A stretch of 64,000 nucleotides of DNA from Bacillus subtilis subsp. subtilis str. 168 (GTDB lineage: Bacteria; Bacillota; Bacilli; Bacillales; Bacillaceae). Positions 24,131-35,952 of this stretch are shown here, piece by piece; the first letter of the stretch is position 1; each line of letters starts with the position of its first letter. The position numbers and the translations under genes were made by a program. Under the pieces are notes generated by a model. The model was not told the DNA's origin, did not search any database, and worked only from the letters and a program-made list of their open reading frames with translations. The stretch is taken from NCBI RefSeq assembly GCF_000009045.1, contig NC_000964.3, forward strand, positions 1,612,001-1,676,000, read 5' to 3'.

Positions 24131-25843
24131 TCAGCTTTTTTTGAGCTTGATGACAGTATCAGCATCAGGCGTGACAAAGACGGTATGCTGGCTGTCATAA
24201 GTGACGAAACCGGGTTTCGCGCCGTTTGGTTTTTTGACATGCCTGATTTTTGTATAATCTACAGGCACTGAACTTGAATCTTTAGCTTTTGAAAAATAAG
24301 CTGCAATTGTCGCGGCTTCCATGATTGTTTGCTCATCAGGTTCGCTGCTTCTGATCACAACGTGGGAGCCGGGAATGTCCTTCGTGTGAAGCCAGATATC
24401 GTCTCTGGCCGCCACTCTTGTCGTTAAATATTCATTTTGACGATTGTTCTTACCCACTAAAATTGTCAGCCCTGAGGTGGATTCATATGTTTCTAACACC
24501 GGATTGTGCGGTTTTTGCTTTTTCTGGCCTTTTTGCTGCTTAGGGCGTAAATATTTGCCCTCAACAAGCTCTTCCCTGATTTCGCTGATATCCCGGGGAG
24601 AAGCGGACGAAAGCTGCTGAATCAGCTGATCAAAATATTCGATCTCTTCCTGTGCCAGCCTGATTTGCTCCTCGACAACTGCGACCGAATTTTTCGCTTT
24701 CTGATACTTCGTGAAATAGGCCTGTGCGTTTTCAGAAGGCGTTTTGTTCGGGTTTAAAGGAATCGTGATTGTCGGGCTTTCTTCATCATAATAATTGATG
24801 ACCTCAGCCTGTTTATCACCTTTTTTCAGCATATATAAATTAGCGGTTAAAAGCTCTCCGTAAAGCTGAAATTCCTTCGCGTTTTCCGAATACTCCAGGG
24901 TTTTCTCTAATTTTTTGATTTTGTTGGCATTCTTCTTCCGTTCGTTCACAACAAAACGCTCAAGATCCTGAGCCTGTTGCTTAACCCGGTCTCGTTCAGC
25001 TTTTCCGAAATAAAAACGGTCGAGCAGTTCGCTTAATGAATCAAAACGGCGCGCTTCGCCCTTTAGATGAGTCAGCTCCAGCAGATAAAAATATTCCTTT
25101 CCGTTTACAGTCGTAATGTTGGGAATGAAACGGTGCTCTTTCACTTCGGCAAACAGTGCCAGCAACGCTTTTGGCAGTGTGACTTTGTTGGCAAGGCCTG
25201 CTCTGTGAACCGCTTCTTTGGCGAAAAGCGGAGACACGCCTGAAAAGTGGTCGACAATTTGTTTATCAAGCCTTCCTTCTTGAAAGCTGAGGTGACGCAA
25301 AATATCATCTTCTGACGCCTCAAGAGGCGATATTTTGTCCTGAGCAGGCGGAAGCTTATAATCTTGGCCGGGCAGTACTGTACGGTAGCTGTTCATTGAC
25401 GGTGATAAATGCTTAAGTCCGTCGATAATCACATTTTCTGCTGCGTCAGTCAAAATGATATTGCTGTGGCGGCCCATAATTTCTACATAAAGCTTTCGTA
25501 CGGTTTCATCGCCAATTTCGTTTCGGCTTTTGATATGAAAAATCATAATGCGGTCTAAGCCCGCTTGTTCAATTTTCTCAATGAATCCGCCTTCGATATG
25601 CTTTCTCAGCAACATGCAAAACATTGGCGGTTCGCTTGGATTTTCATAAGCTTGTGCCGTGATATGCACCCGTGAATAGCTCGGATGTGCCGATAATAAT
25701 AGTTTTTGGTTTTTTCCCTTGGCACGGATGTGGAAAATCACATCGTGCTTATATGGCTGATGGATTTTTGTAATTCGTCCGCCCATTATTTTCTCGTTAA
25801 GTTCGTGTGTCATTCCGTATGTAAACATGCCATCAAACGACAT
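24131..25843 (-). CDS. rqcH: Ribosome quality control factor RqcH (NEMF/FbpA family, YloA), 570 aa
   Basis: NFACT-N ([16 protein letters not shown]), coiled coils and NFACT-R ([24 protein letters not shown]); SD GAGGG 9 nt before the ATG. Confidence 0.97.
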   Translation of the reverse strand: MSFDGMFTYGMTHELNEKIMGGRITKIHQPYKHDVIFHIRAKGKNQKLLLSAHPSYSRVHITAQAYENPSEPPMFCMLLRKHIEGGFIEKIEQAGLDRIMIFHIKSRNEIGDETVRKLYVEIMGRHSNIILTDAAENVIIDGLKHLSPSMNSYRTVLPGQDYKLPPAQDKISPLEASEDDILRHLSFQEGRLDKQIVDHFSGVSPLFAKEAVHRAGLANKVTLPKALLALFAEVKEHRFIPNITTVNGKEYFYLLELTHLKGEARRFDSLSELLDRFYFGKAERDRVKQQAQDLERFVVNERKKNANKIKKLEKTLEYSENAKEFQLYGELLTANLYMLKKGDKQAEVINYYDEESPTITIPLNPNKTPSENAQAYFTKYQKAKNSVAVVEEQIRLAQEEIEYFDQLIQQLSSASPRDISEIREELVEGKYLRPKQQKGQKKQKPHNPVLETYESTSGLTILVGKNNRQNEYLTTRVAARDDIWLHTKDIPGSHVVIRSSEPDEQTIMEAATIAAYFSKAKDSSSVPVDYTKIRHVKKPNGAKPGFVTYDSQHTVFVTPDADTVIKLKKS

Positions 25844-25879
25844 ATGCAATACACCCTCTCATTCTTCCTGCATTCGATA

Positions 25880-25888
25880 ATTATAGCA
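25880..25888 (-). promoter_or_regulatory. Extended -10 SigA promoter of rqcH
   Basis: TGcTATAAT on the minus strand, 36 nt upstream of the start codon. Confidence 0.7.
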
Positions 25889-25964
25889 TGAAATGGGACG
25901 AGTCAGAATAAGCATGCTTATAGAGTGATATCTCTATAAGAGAGCAGGGGAGTGGACGAGCGGA

Positions 25965-28637
25965 ATGAAGTTTCATGAAATGGGACAAACAGATTTACTA
26001 GAGGCAACCAATACGTCCATGAAACAAGGATTAACAGAAAAAGAGGTAAAAAAACGCCTTGACAAGCATGGACCAAACGAGCTGCAAGAAGGGAAAAAAA
26101 CTTCAGCGCTTCTCTTGTTTTTCGCGCAGTTCAAAGATTTTATGGTGCTTGTGCTTCTGGCGGCAACGTTAATCTCAGGATTTCTTGGTGAATATGTAGA
26201 TGCGGTTGCGATTATTGCGATTGTGTTTGTGAATGGCATACTCGGTTTCTTTCAAGAAAGGCGTGCTGAGCAATCTCTTCAGGCTTTAAAAGAGCTTTCA
26301 ACACCGCACGTCATGGCACTCAGGGAAGGAAGCTGGACAAAGATTCCTTCTAAGGAACTGGTGCCGGGTGATATTGTGAAATTTACGAGCGGGGACAGAA
26401 TTGGCGCAGACGTTCGAATTGTTGAAGCGAGAAGCCTTGAAATAGAAGAATCAGCGCTAACCGGGGAATCAATCCCGGTTGTGAAGCATGCTGATAAATT
26501 GAAAAAACCGGATGTTTCACTCGGCGATATTACCAATATGGCATTTATGGGTACGATTGTGACCCGCGGCAGCGGTGTCGGGGTTGTCGTCGGGACAGGA
26601 ATGAATACGGCTATGGGGAAAATTGCCGACATGCTTGAATCGGCAGGGACATTGTCAACCCCGCTGCAAAGAAGACTGGAGCAGCTCGGGAAGATTTTGA
26701 TTGTTGTTGCATTGCTTCTGACCGTACTTGTCGTTGCTGTCGGTGTTATTCAGGGTCATGATCTGTACAGTATGTTTTTAGCAGGTGTCTCGTTAGCGGT
26801 AGCCGCTATTCCGGAGGGGCTGCCGGCGATTGTGACAGTGGCGCTTTCGCTTGGTGTACAGAGGATGATTAAACAAAAATCCATTGTTAGAAAGCTTCCT
26901 GCTGTTGAAACGCTTGGGTGTGCGTCTATCATTTGCTCAGATAAAACAGGGACAATGACCCAAAACAAAATGACAGTGACGCATGTCTGGTCCGGAGGGA
27001 AAACATGGAGAGTGGCAGGGGCCGGCTATGAACCGAAAGGAAGCTTCACACTAAACGAAAAAGAGATCAGTGTCAATGAACATAAGCCGCTTCAGCAGAT
27101 GCTTCTGTTCGGAGCGCTTTGTAACAACTCCAATATTGAGAAAAGAGACGGCGAATATGTGCTTGACGGAGATCCGACAGAGGGAGCGCTGCTCACCGCG
27201 GCAAGAAAAGGCGGTTTTTCAAAGGAGTTTGTTGAATCTAATTACAGAGTGATTGAAGAATTTCCGTTTGATTCCGCACGGAAAATGATGACTGTCATCG
27301 TAGAGAATCAAGACAGAAAGCGCTATATCATTACAAAAGGTGCGCCGGATGTACTCATGCAGCGATCTTCCCGTATTTATTATGATGGCTCAGCGGCTCT
27401 TTTTTCAAATGAAAGAAAAGCAGAAACAGAGGCGGTATTAAGACATTTGGCATCACAGGCGCTCAGAACGATAGCGGTCGCCTACAGGCCGATAAAAGCA
27501 GGCGAAACACCGTCAATGGAGCAGGCGGAAAAAGATCTGACCATGCTTGGCCTTTCAGGTATCATTGATCCCCCGCGGCCGGAAGTCAGACAGGCGATTA
27601 AAGAATGCCGTGAAGCGGGAATTAAGACCGTCATGATTACAGGTGATCATGTAGAAACCGCTAAAGCGATAGCGAAAGACTTGCGCCTCCTTCCGAAAAG
27701 CGGCAAAATCATGGACGGCAAGATGCTGAATGAACTTTCTCAAGAAGAGCTTTCTCATGTGGTGGAGGATGTGTATGTATTTGCCCGCGTTTCCCCTGAA
27801 CATAAACTAAAAATCGTAAAAGCCTATCAGGAGAACGGGCATATTGTGGCGATGACGGGAGACGGCGTCAATGATGCTCCTGCCATTAAACAGGCTGATA
27901 TCGGCGTCTCTATGGGCATTACCGGGACAGATGTGGCCAAAGAAGCATCATCTCTTGTTCTCGTGGATGATAATTTTGCGACGATTAAATCAGCGATAAA
28001 AGAAGGCAGGAACATCTACGAAAATATCAGGAAGTTTATCAGATACCTGTTGGCGTCTAACGTCGGAGAAATCCTTGTCATGCTGTTTGCGATGCTGCTT
28101 GCCCTTCCTTTACCGCTGGTTCCGATTCAGATTTTGTGGGTCAACTTGGTGACGGACGGATTGCCGGCAATGGCGCTCGGCATGGATCAGCCGGAAGGAG
28201 ACGTCATGAAGCGCAAGCCCCGTCATCCGAAAGAAGGGGTATTTGCCCGCAAGCTAGGATGGAAGGTCGTTTCCAGAGGATTTTTAATCGGAGTTGCCAC
28301 TATTTTAGCGTTTATCATTGTGTACCACCGCAATCCGGAAAACTTGGCTTATGCCCAGACGATCGCGTTTGCCACATTGGTGCTCGCTCAGCTTATTCAC
28401 GTGTTTGACTGCCGCAGCGAAACTTCTGTTTTCTCTAGAAATCCGTTTCAAAACCTGTATTTAATCGGCGCGGTATTGTCATCCATTTTGCTGATGCTTG
28501 TAGTAATCTACTATCCGCCGCTTCAGCCGATTTTCCATACTGTAGCCATCACGCCGGGGGACTGGATGCTCGTCATCGGTATGTCCGCCATCCCTACTTT
28601 TTTGCTGGCGGGGTCACTTTTAACAAGAAAAAAATAA
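25965..28637 (+). CDS. tcaB: SERCA-like P-type Ca2+ ATPase (YloB)
   Basis: TGES, IPEGLP, DKTGT (phospho-Asp), KGAPD, TGD and GDGVNDAP motifs; NLVTDG Ca-site helix. Confidence 0.96.
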   Translation: MKFHEMGQTDLLEATNTSMKQGLTEKEVKKRLDKHGPNELQEGKKTSALLLFFAQFKDFMVLVLLAATLISGFLGEYVDAVAIIAIVFVNGILGFFQERRAEQSLQALKELSTPHVMALREGSWTKIPSKELVPGDIVKFTSGDRIGADVRIVEARSLEIEESALTGESIPVVKHADKLKKPDVSLGDITNMAFMGTIVTRGSGVGVVVGTGMNTAMGKIADMLESAGTLSTPLQRRLEQLGKILIVVALLLTVLVVAVGVIQGHDLYSMFLAGVSLAVAAIPEGLPAIVTVALSLGVQRMIKQKSIVRKLPAVETLGCASIICSDKTGTMTQNKMTVTHVWSGGKTWRVAGAGYEPKGSFTLNEKEISVNEHKPLQQMLLFGALCNNSNIEKRDGEYVLDGDPTEGALLTAARKGGFSKEFVESNYRVIEEFPFDSARKMMTVIVENQDRKRYIITKGAPDVLMQRSSRIYYDGSAALFSNERKAETEAVLRHLASQALRTIAVAYRPIKAGETPSMEQAEKDLTMLGLSGIIDPPRPEVRQAIKECREAGIKTVMITGDHVETAKAIAKDLRLLPKSGKIMDGKMLNELSQEELSHVVEDVYVFARVSPEHKLKIVKAYQENGHIVAMTGDGVNDAPAIKQADIGVSMGITGTDVAKEASSLVLVDDNFATIKSAIKEGRNIYENIRKFIRYLLASNVGEILVMLFAMLLALPLPLVPIQILWVNLVTDGLPAMALGMDQPEGDVMKRKPRHPKEGVFARKLGWKVVSRGFLIGVATILAFIIVYHRNPENLAYAQTIAFATLVLAQLIHVFDCRSETSVFSRNPFQNLYLIGAVLSSILLMLVVIYYPPLQPIFHTVAITPGDWMLVIGMSAIPTFLLAGSLLTRKK

Positions 28638-28644
28638 ATTCATA

Positions 28645-28653
28645 TGATATAAT
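28645..28653 (+). promoter_or_regulatory. Extended -10 SigA promoter for yloC
   Basis: TGaTATAAT just after the tcaB stop; no -35 match. Confidence 0.7.
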
Positions 28654-28656
28654 CTT

Positions 28657-28688
28657 AGGGGTAATAGCGTGTCTATTGCCCTTTTATT
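28657..28688 (+). terminator. Terminator-like hairpin after tcaB
   Basis: AGGGGTAATAG-cgtgt-CTATTGCCCTT followed by TTATT. Confidence 0.65.
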
Positions 28689-28719
28689 ATGAGAACAGGG
28701 AAGAATTGGGTGTTTTAAA

Positions 28720-29595
28720 ATGATACGAAGTATGACAGGCTTCGGCAGTGCAAGCAAAACACAAGACGATCTCTCTGTAAGCGTTGAACTTAAATCTGTG
28801 AACTACAGATTTAAAGAAGTGAACGCTCGTTTGCCAAGGCCTTTGCTATATTTTGAAGATAAGCTGAAACAGACCATTCTGCAGCATATTCAGCGCGGAA
28901 GAATTGAGCTTTTCGTATCCGTTGACAGCGATATGCTTGTTGAGAAAAGGCTTGAAATTGATTGGCCGCTGCTCGATGAGTTTGTCGCAGCCGCGAGAGA
29001 TATGAAGAAGCGGTATCAATTGTCTGCAGAGCCCGATGTAATGGATTTCTTTAAGCTTGATCATGTCGTCCAGGTTCATGAAGAACAGACGCAAAATGAC
29101 AAGCTGGAGGCGTTGATCATCGATGCTGCAGAAGAAGCGGTAAAAGGTCTCTGTGAAATGCGTGAAAAAGAGGGGCTGCTCTTAGCGAAAGACTGCCTGA
29201 TGCATATTGATCAGCTTGAAGAGCTGGTGAGAGAAACTGAATTGCTGGCTGCAGATGTCGTATCTCGTTACCGGGAACGGCTGTATGCCAGAATCAAAGA
29301 ATGGACTGAAGACGTATTAGACGAGAGCCGGCTTGTAACAGAATGCGCTATTTTTGCAGACCGCTCTGATATCACTGAAGAGATTACAAGGCTGAAGAGC
29401 CACTTCGCCCAGTTTCGTGATATATTAGCTAGTGGCGGAGCTGTCGGGCGCAAACTCGACTTTCTTGTTCAGGAGCTCAATCGGGAAGCAAATACGATCG
29501 GCTCAAAAGCAAATGATCATCAGATCACAAAGCTTGTCGTTGAAATGAAAAGTTCTATTGAAAAAATAAAAGAACAAGTGCAAAATATAGAATAG
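28720..29595 (+). CDS. yloC: YicC/YloC family endoribonuclease
   Basis: MIRSMTGFG, ELKSVNYR, EEITRL.SH and GRKLDFLVQELNREANTIGSK motifs. Confidence 0.95.
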   Translation: MIRSMTGFGSASKTQDDLSVSVELKSVNYRFKEVNARLPRPLLYFEDKLKQTILQHIQRGRIELFVSVDSDMLVEKRLEIDWPLLDEFVAAARDMKKRYQLSAEPDVMDFFKLDHVVQVHEEQTQNDKLEALIIDAAEEAVKGLCEMREKEGLLLAKDCLMHIDQLEELVRETELLAADVVSRYRERLYARIKEWTEDVLDESRLVTECAIFADRSDITEEITRLKSHFAQFRDILASGGAVGRKLDFLVQELNREANTIGSKANDHQITKLVVEMKSSIEKIKEQVQNIE

Positions 29596-29610
29596 TGACT
29601 GTGCGTATTG

Positions 29611-29638
29611 TTTACAGACGGTCTTACTAGGCTAAACT
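29611..29638 (+). promoter_or_regulatory. Candidate SigA promoter for remA-gmk-rpoZ
   Basis: TTTACA, 16 nt, TAAACT. Confidence 0.55.
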
Positions 29639-29671
29639 AGAGACGTCTATTTTACAGGGGGAACGTAGAAG

Positions 29672-30563
<892 letters not shown>

Positions 30564-30566
30564 TCA

Positions 30567-30770
30567 ATGTTAGATCCGTCAATTGATTCTTTAATGAATA
30601 AATTAGATTCAAAATATACGCTGGTGACTGTTTCTGCGAGACGTGCCCGTGAAATGCAAATCAAAAAAGACCAAATGATTGAACATACGATTTCACACAA
30701 ATATGTAGGCAAAGCTTTAGAAGAAATTGATGCAGGCCTGCTTTCGTTTGAAAAGGAAGACCGCGAATAG
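30567..30770 (+). CDS. rpoZ: RNA polymerase omega subunit
   Basis: [15 protein letters not shown] and ALEEI motifs. Confidence 0.98.
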   Translation: MLDPSIDSLMNKLDSKYTLVTVSARRAREMQIKKDQMIEHTISHKYVGKALEEIDAGLLSFEKEDRE

Positions 30771-30779
30771 TAGCACAAG

Positions 30780-30813
30780 TAGCAACCTATATCATGTAGG
30801 TTGTTATTTTTTT
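30780..30813 (+). terminator. Intrinsic terminator after rpoZ
   Basis: TAGCAACCTATA-tca-TGTAGGTTGTTA followed by a T run. Confidence 0.85.
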
Positions 30814-30850
30814 CCGTGCGGTTTTGTAAAGTGCAGAGGGGGAGAATTCA

Positions 30851-32071
30851 TTGCTTAACAATCGAAATGTGTTACTTTGCGTGAGTGGAGGCATCGCTGT
30901 TTATAAAGCCTGTGCGTTAACGAGCAAGCTGGTTCAGGCAGGAGCAAATGTCAAAGTGATTATGACTGAATCCGCTTGCCGATTCGTTTCACCGCTGACA
31001 TTTCAGGCATTGAGCCGCCACGAAGTCTATACAGATACATTTAAAGAACAAAATCCAAGCGTCATTTCTCATATTGATGCCGCAGACTGGGCCGACTTGA
31101 TTATCGTAGCGCCGGCTACGGCTAATGTGATTGGAAAACTGGCAAACGGCATCGCTGATGATATGCTGACGACAACATTGTTGGCAGCAACGGCTCCCGT
31201 TTGGATCGCGCCGGCAATGAACGTTCATATGTATGACCACCCGGCAGTCAAACGAAACATTTCTGTTCTTTATCAGGACGGTTATTGTTTTATTGAGCCA
31301 AGTGAGGGCTATTTAGCATGCGGTTACGTAGGAAAAGGCAGATTGGAAGAGCCGGAAAACATCGTAAAGCTGGCCGAAAAACATTTTGCTGAAGAAACAT
31401 CCGCTCCTTTAGAAGGCAAGCATGTGGTCATTACAGCCGGCCCAACGCGGGAAGCGATTGATCCTGTCCGGTTTTTTACCAATAAATCGACGGGCAAAAT
31501 GGGCTACGCACTGGCGGAGGCTGCTGTTCAGCTCGGCGCACGGGTAATCTTAATTTCTGGGCCTGTTTCACTTGATCAGCCTAAAGGCCTTGCTGAGTTT
31601 ATCCCTGTTCAATCGGCTGCGGATATGCGCGAAGCTGTGCTCTCTGTGTATGACGCAAGCGATATAGTCATTAAAACAGCTGCGGTAGCCGATTTTACGC
31701 CGAAAACAGTATTTGACCATAAAATGAAAAAACAAGACGGCGGCATGACCTTAGAACTGAAAAGAACAGTCGATATTTTGAAAGAATTGGGCGAGAAAAA
31801 GAAAGAGCAGATTTTGGTCGGATTTGCCGCCGAAACACAAGACATTGAACACTATGCACGTAAAAAGCTCGCCGCTAAAAACCTTGATTTGATTGTGGCA
31901 AATGATGTGAAAGCAAATGGGGCCGGTTTTGGTGCTGATACGAATATCGTGACAATCTTTTTCAAAGACGGGCATAAACGCGAACTCCCGATTATGTCTA
32001 AGCTCGATGTTTCTTTTGAAATCCTTCAGGAGATCGCAGCCCTCTCAAAACAAACCGGAGAGCGCTCATGA
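30851..32071 (+). CDS. coaBC: Phosphopantothenoylcysteine decarboxylase/ligase
   Basis: TTG start; GGIAVYK, APAMN, TAGPTRE, NKSTGKMG and GFAAET motifs. Confidence 0.98.
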   Translation: MLNNRNVLLCVSGGIAVYKACALTSKLVQAGANVKVIMTESACRFVSPLTFQALSRHEVYTDTFKEQNPSVISHIDAADWADLIIVAPATANVIGKLANGIADDMLTTTLLAATAPVWIAPAMNVHMYDHPAVKRNISVLYQDGYCFIEPSEGYLACGYVGKGRLEEPENIVKLAEKHFAEETSAPLEGKHVVITAGPTREAIDPVRFFTNKSTGKMGYALAEAAVQLGARVILISGPVSLDQPKGLAEFIPVQSAADMREAVLSVYDASDIVIKTAAVADFTPKTVFDHKMKKQDGGMTLELKRTVDILKELGEKKKEQILVGFAAETQDIEHYARKKLAAKNLDLIVANDVKANGAGFGADTNIVTIFFKDGHKRELPIMSKLDVSFEILQEIAALSKQTGERS

Positions 32072-34485
32072 ATTTTGCAGAAGTCATCGTTGATGTCAGC
32101 ACCAAAAATATAGACAGGCCTTTTGATTATAAAATCCCAGACCATCTGAAGGGCATGATCAAAACGGGGATGCGGGTCATTGTTCCGTTTGGCCCCCGTA
32201 AGATTCAAGGGTTTGTGACAGCAGTCAAAGAAGCATCTGACCTATCGGGAAAATCTGTCAAGGAAGTAGAGGATTTATTAGATCTTACACCTGTTCTGAC
32301 AGAGGAGCTTATGATTCTGTCATCATGGCTGTCAGACAAAACGCTGTCTTTTAAAATAACGGCGCTTCAAGCAATGCTGCCTGCCGCCTTAAAGGCGAAA
32401 TATGAAAAAGAATTAAAAATTGCACACGGAGCCGATCTTCCGCCGCAAGTGGAACGGCTGTTTTCTGAAACAAAGACGCTGCTGTATTCAGATATACCCG
32501 ATCATGAGACGCTGAAACTGATTCAAAGGCATGTTCAAAAAGGGGACATTGACGTGACGTATAAAGTCGCGCAAAAAACCAATAAAAAAATGGTCAGGCA
32601 TATTCAGGCAAATGCGAGTAAAGAAGAGCTTGCTAAGCAGGCTGAGGGATTGTCCCGCCAAGCAGCAAAACAGCAGGCGATTCTTCACTTTCTCATCTCT
32701 GAGCCGGAAGGTGTGAAAATTCCTGCGGCGGAATTGTGCAAAAAAACGGACACGAGCTCTGCAACCATCAAAACCCTTATCCAAAAAGGGCTTTTGAAGG
32801 AAAGCTATGAAGAGGTTTACAGAGATCCCTATCAGGACAAAATGTTCAAAAAAACAGAGCCCCTGCCGCTGACAGACGAACAGAGGGCTGCCTTCGAGCC
32901 CATACGCGAGACATTGGACAGCGATGAGCATAAAGTGTTCCTCCTTCACGGCGTGACAGGAAGCGGAAAAACCGAAATTTATCTGCAATCAATTGAAAAA
33001 GTACTGGCGAAAGGAAAAGAAGCCATCGTCCTCGTACCGGAAATATCGCTGACGCCGCAAATGGTCAACCGCTTCAAGGGCCGCTTCGGCTCCCAGGTGG
33101 CAGTCATGCACAGCGGTTTATCCACAGGAGAAAAATATGACGAGTGGCGTAAAATCCACCGGAAGGAAGTACGGCTTGTCGTCGGTGCCAGATCCGCCAT
33201 TTTTGCTCCGTTTGAAAATCTCGGAATGATAATCATCGATGAAGAGCACGAGTCTTCCTATAAACAGGAAGAAATGCCGCGCTATCATGCGAAAGAGGTG
33301 GCAATCAAGCGGGCTGAGCATCACAGCTGCCCGGTTGTATTAGGGAGTGCTACGCCGACATTAGAATCATATGCTAGAGCGCAAAAGGGCGTATACGAGC
33401 TTCTTTCACTGAAGCACCGTGTTAACCATCGGGTGATGCCCGAGGTTTCGCTTGTCGATATGAGAGAGGAGCTTAGAAACGGCAATCGCTCGATGTTTTC
33501 AGTTGAATTGATGGAAAAGCTTGAAGAAACGATTGCCAAGGGTGAGCAGGCGGTGCTGTTTTTAAATAAGAGGGGCTACTCTTCCTTTGTGATGTGCAGG
33601 GATTGCGGCTATGTCCCGCAATGCCCGCACTGCGACATTTCCATGACGTATCATCGTTACGGCCAAAGGCTGAAATGCCATTATTGCGGACATGAAGAGC
33701 CTGTTCCGCACACTTGTCCTGAATGCGCAAGCGAGCATATCCGCTTTTTCGGAACGGGAACACAGCGAGTGGAGGAAGAGCTGACAAAAGTGCTGCCAAG
33801 TGCGAGAGTGATTCGGATGGATGTTGACACGACATCACGGAAAGGCGCCCATGAAAAATTACTGTCAGCTTTCGGAGAAGGAAAAGCGGATATTCTTCTC
33901 GGAACGCAAATGATCGCGAAAGGGCTTGATTTTCCGAATGTCACGCTTGTCGGAGTGTTAAGTGCTGATACAACACTTCATATTCCTGATTTCAGATCGG
34001 CTGAAAAAACATTTCAGCTGTTAACGCAAGTCAGCGGCCGGGCAGGCAGGCATGAAAAGCCCGGCCATGTCATCATTCAAACGTATACACCGTCTCATTA
34101 CAGTATCCAGCTGACGAAAACACACGATTATGAAACGTTCTATCAGCATGAAATGGCGCACAGGAGAGAGCAATCCTATCCGCCATACTACTATTTGGCT
34201 CTTGTGACTGTTTCTCATGAGGAAGTGGCGAAAGCAGCGGTTACAGCTGAAAAAATCGCTCATTTTTTGAAAGCAAACTGCGGAGCTGACACGAAAATTC
34301 TCGGACCAAGCGCGTCGCCGATAGCCAGGATCAAAGATAGATATCGCTATCAATGCGTGATAAAATACAAACAGGAAACCCAGTTATCCGCTTTATTGAA
34401 GAAGATACTGGAACATTATAAACGCGAAATTGAACAAAAACATGTAATGATTTCAATTGATATGAATCCTTATATGATGATGTAA
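32068..34485 (+). CDS. priA: Primosomal helicase PriA
   Basis: GVTGSGKT and DEEH motifs; two intact Zn knuckles (CRDC, CPHC, CHYC, CPEC); QVSGRAGR. Confidence 0.99.
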   Translation: MNFAEVIVDVSTKNIDRPFDYKIPDHLKGMIKTGMRVIVPFGPRKIQGFVTAVKEASDLSGKSVKEVEDLLDLTPVLTEELMILSSWLSDKTLSFKITALQAMLPAALKAKYEKELKIAHGADLPPQVERLFSETKTLLYSDIPDHETLKLIQRHVQKGDIDVTYKVAQKTNKKMVRHIQANASKEELAKQAEGLSRQAAKQQAILHFLISEPEGVKIPAAELCKKTDTSSATIKTLIQKGLLKESYEEVYRDPYQDKMFKKTEPLPLTDEQRAAFEPIRETLDSDEHKVFLLHGVTGSGKTEIYLQSIEKVLAKGKEAIVLVPEISLTPQMVNRFKGRFGSQVAVMHSGLSTGEKYDEWRKIHRKEVRLVVGARSAIFAPFENLGMIIIDEEHESSYKQEEMPRYHAKEVAIKRAEHHSCPVVLGSATPTLESYARAQKGVYELLSLKHRVNHRVMPEVSLVDMREELRNGNRSMFSVELMEKLEETIAKGEQAVLFLNKRGYSSFVMCRDCGYVPQCPHCDISMTYHRYGQRLKCHYCGHEEPVPHTCPECASEHIRFFGTGTQRVEEELTKVLPSARVIRMDVDTTSRKGAHEKLLSAFGEGKADILLGTQMIAKGLDFPNVTLVGVLSADTTLHIPDFRSAEKTFQLLTQVSGRAGRHEKPGHVIIQTYTPSHYSIQLTKTHDYETFYQHEMAHRREQSYPPYYYLALVTVSHEEVAKAAVTAEKIAHFLKANCGADTKILGPSASPIARIKDRYRYQCVIKYKQETQLSALLKKILEHYKREIEQKHVMISIDMNPYMMM

Positions 34486-34511
34486 GATCTCACGTCTTGG
34501 AGGGTAACAAA

Positions 34512-34994
34512 TTGGCAGTAAAAAAGGTCGTCACACATCCTGCGGAGGTTTTGGAAACACCTGCGGAAACCGTGACTGTTTTTGATAAAAAGCTAAAAAA
34601 ACTGCTTGATGATATGTACGACACCATGCTTGAAATGGATGGTGTCGGACTGGCAGCGCCGCAAATCGGCATTTTAAAAAGAGCGGCCGTCGTAGAAATC
34701 GGGGATGACAGAGGGAGAATTGATCTCGTTAATCCTGAAATTTTAGAAAAAAGCGGCGAGCAAACCGGAATTGAAGGATGCTTGAGCTTTCCTAACGTCT
34801 ATGGTGATGTCACACGTGCCGATTATGTCAAAGTGCGTGCGTTTAACCGTCAGGGAAAACCGTTCATTCTGGAAGCGCGAGGCTTTTTAGCAAGAGCCGT
34901 GCAGCATGAAATGGACCACTTAGACGGTGTGCTGTTTACATCTAAAATAAGTAAATACTATACAGAAGATGAACTAGCGGATATGGAAGGATGA
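34512..34994 (+). CDS. defA: Peptide deformylase, 160 aa
   Basis: TTG start with SD GGAGG; GLAAPQ, EGCLS and HEMDH motifs. Confidence 0.97.
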   Translation: MAVKKVVTHPAEVLETPAETVTVFDKKLKKLLDDMYDTMLEMDGVGLAAPQIGILKRAAVVEIGDDRGRIDLVNPEILEKSGEQTGIEGCLSFPNVYGDVTRADYVKVRAFNRQGKPFILEARGFLARAVQHEMDHLDGVLFTSKISKYYTEDELADMEG

Positions 34995-34998
34995 TTTG

Positions 34999-35952
34999 AT
35001 GACGAGAATCGTATTTATGGGAACGCCGGATTTTTCAGTTCCTGTTTTAAGAACCCTGATAGAGGACGGATATGAAGTAGTGGGGGTCGTCACACAGCCG
35101 GACCGTCCGAAGGGCAGAAAAAAAGTACTGACACCTCCTCCGGTAAAGGAAGAGGCATTGCGCCACGGCATCCCGGTTCTTCAGCCGGAAAAAGTCAGAT
35201 TGACAGAAGAAATTGAAAAAGTGCTGGCATTAAAGCCTGACCTGATTGTAACGGCGGCATTCGGACAAATTTTGCCTAAAGAGCTTCTCGACAGTCCAAA
35301 ATACGGCTGCATTAACGTTCACGCATCCCTTTTGCCGGAACTGCGCGGCGGTGCTCCGATCCATTATTCCATTCTGCAGGGAAAGAAGAAAACCGGGATT
35401 ACCATTATGTATATGGTAGAAAAATTGGATGCGGGCGATATGATCTCAAAAGTGGAAGTGGACATTGAAGAAACCGACAATGTCGGAACACTGCACGATA
35501 AATTAAGCGTTGCTGGCGCGAAGCTATTGTCTGAAACGGTTCCAAACGTTATTGCCGGCAGCATATCACCTGAAAAGCAGGATGAAGAGAAAGCGACGTA
35601 CGCGCCTAACATTAAAAGAGAGCAAGAGCTGCTCGACTGGTCCAGAACGGGCGAAGAGCTTTACAACCAGATCCGCGGCTTAAATCCATGGCCTGTTGCT
35701 TATACGACTCTAAACGGACAAAACTTGAAAATATGGGCGTCGAAAAAAATAGCGGCACCAACAACAGCTGAGCCCGGCACAGTCGTTGCAGTTGAAAAGG
35801 AAGGAATTATCGTTGCCACAGGTAACGAGACGGCTCTGTTATTAACCGAACTCCAGCCGGCAGGCAAAAAACGAATGAAAGGCGAAGACTTTGTGCGAGG
35901 CGCTCATGTTGAAGCCGGTGATGTGTTAGGAGTAAACAATGAAAAAAACTAG
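34999..35952 (+). CDS. fmt: Methionyl-tRNA formyltransferase
   Basis: [17 protein letters not shown] and LDAGD motifs. Confidence 0.99.
   Translation: MTRIVFMGTPDFSVPVLRTLIEDGYEVVGVVTQPDRPKGRKKVLTPPPVKEEALRHGIPVLQPEKVRLTEEIEKVLALKPDLIVTAAFGQILPKELLDSPKYGCINVHASLLPELRGGAPIHYSILQGKKKTGITIMYMVEKLDAGDMISKVEVDIEETDNVGTLHDKLSVAGAKLLSETVPNVIAGSISPEKQDEEKATYAPNIKREQELLDWSRTGEELYNQIRGLNPWPVAYTTLNGQNLKIWASKKIAAPTTAEPGTVVAVEKEGIIVATGNETALLLTELQPAGKKRMKGEDFVRGAHVEAGDVLGVNNEKN

Noticed and set aside
24587-24604. Noc-box-like CCCGGG-centred sequence in rqcH (and similar ones elsewhere)
   Set aside because: At most about 10/14 match to ATTTCCCGGGAAAT; not supportable without ChIP data.
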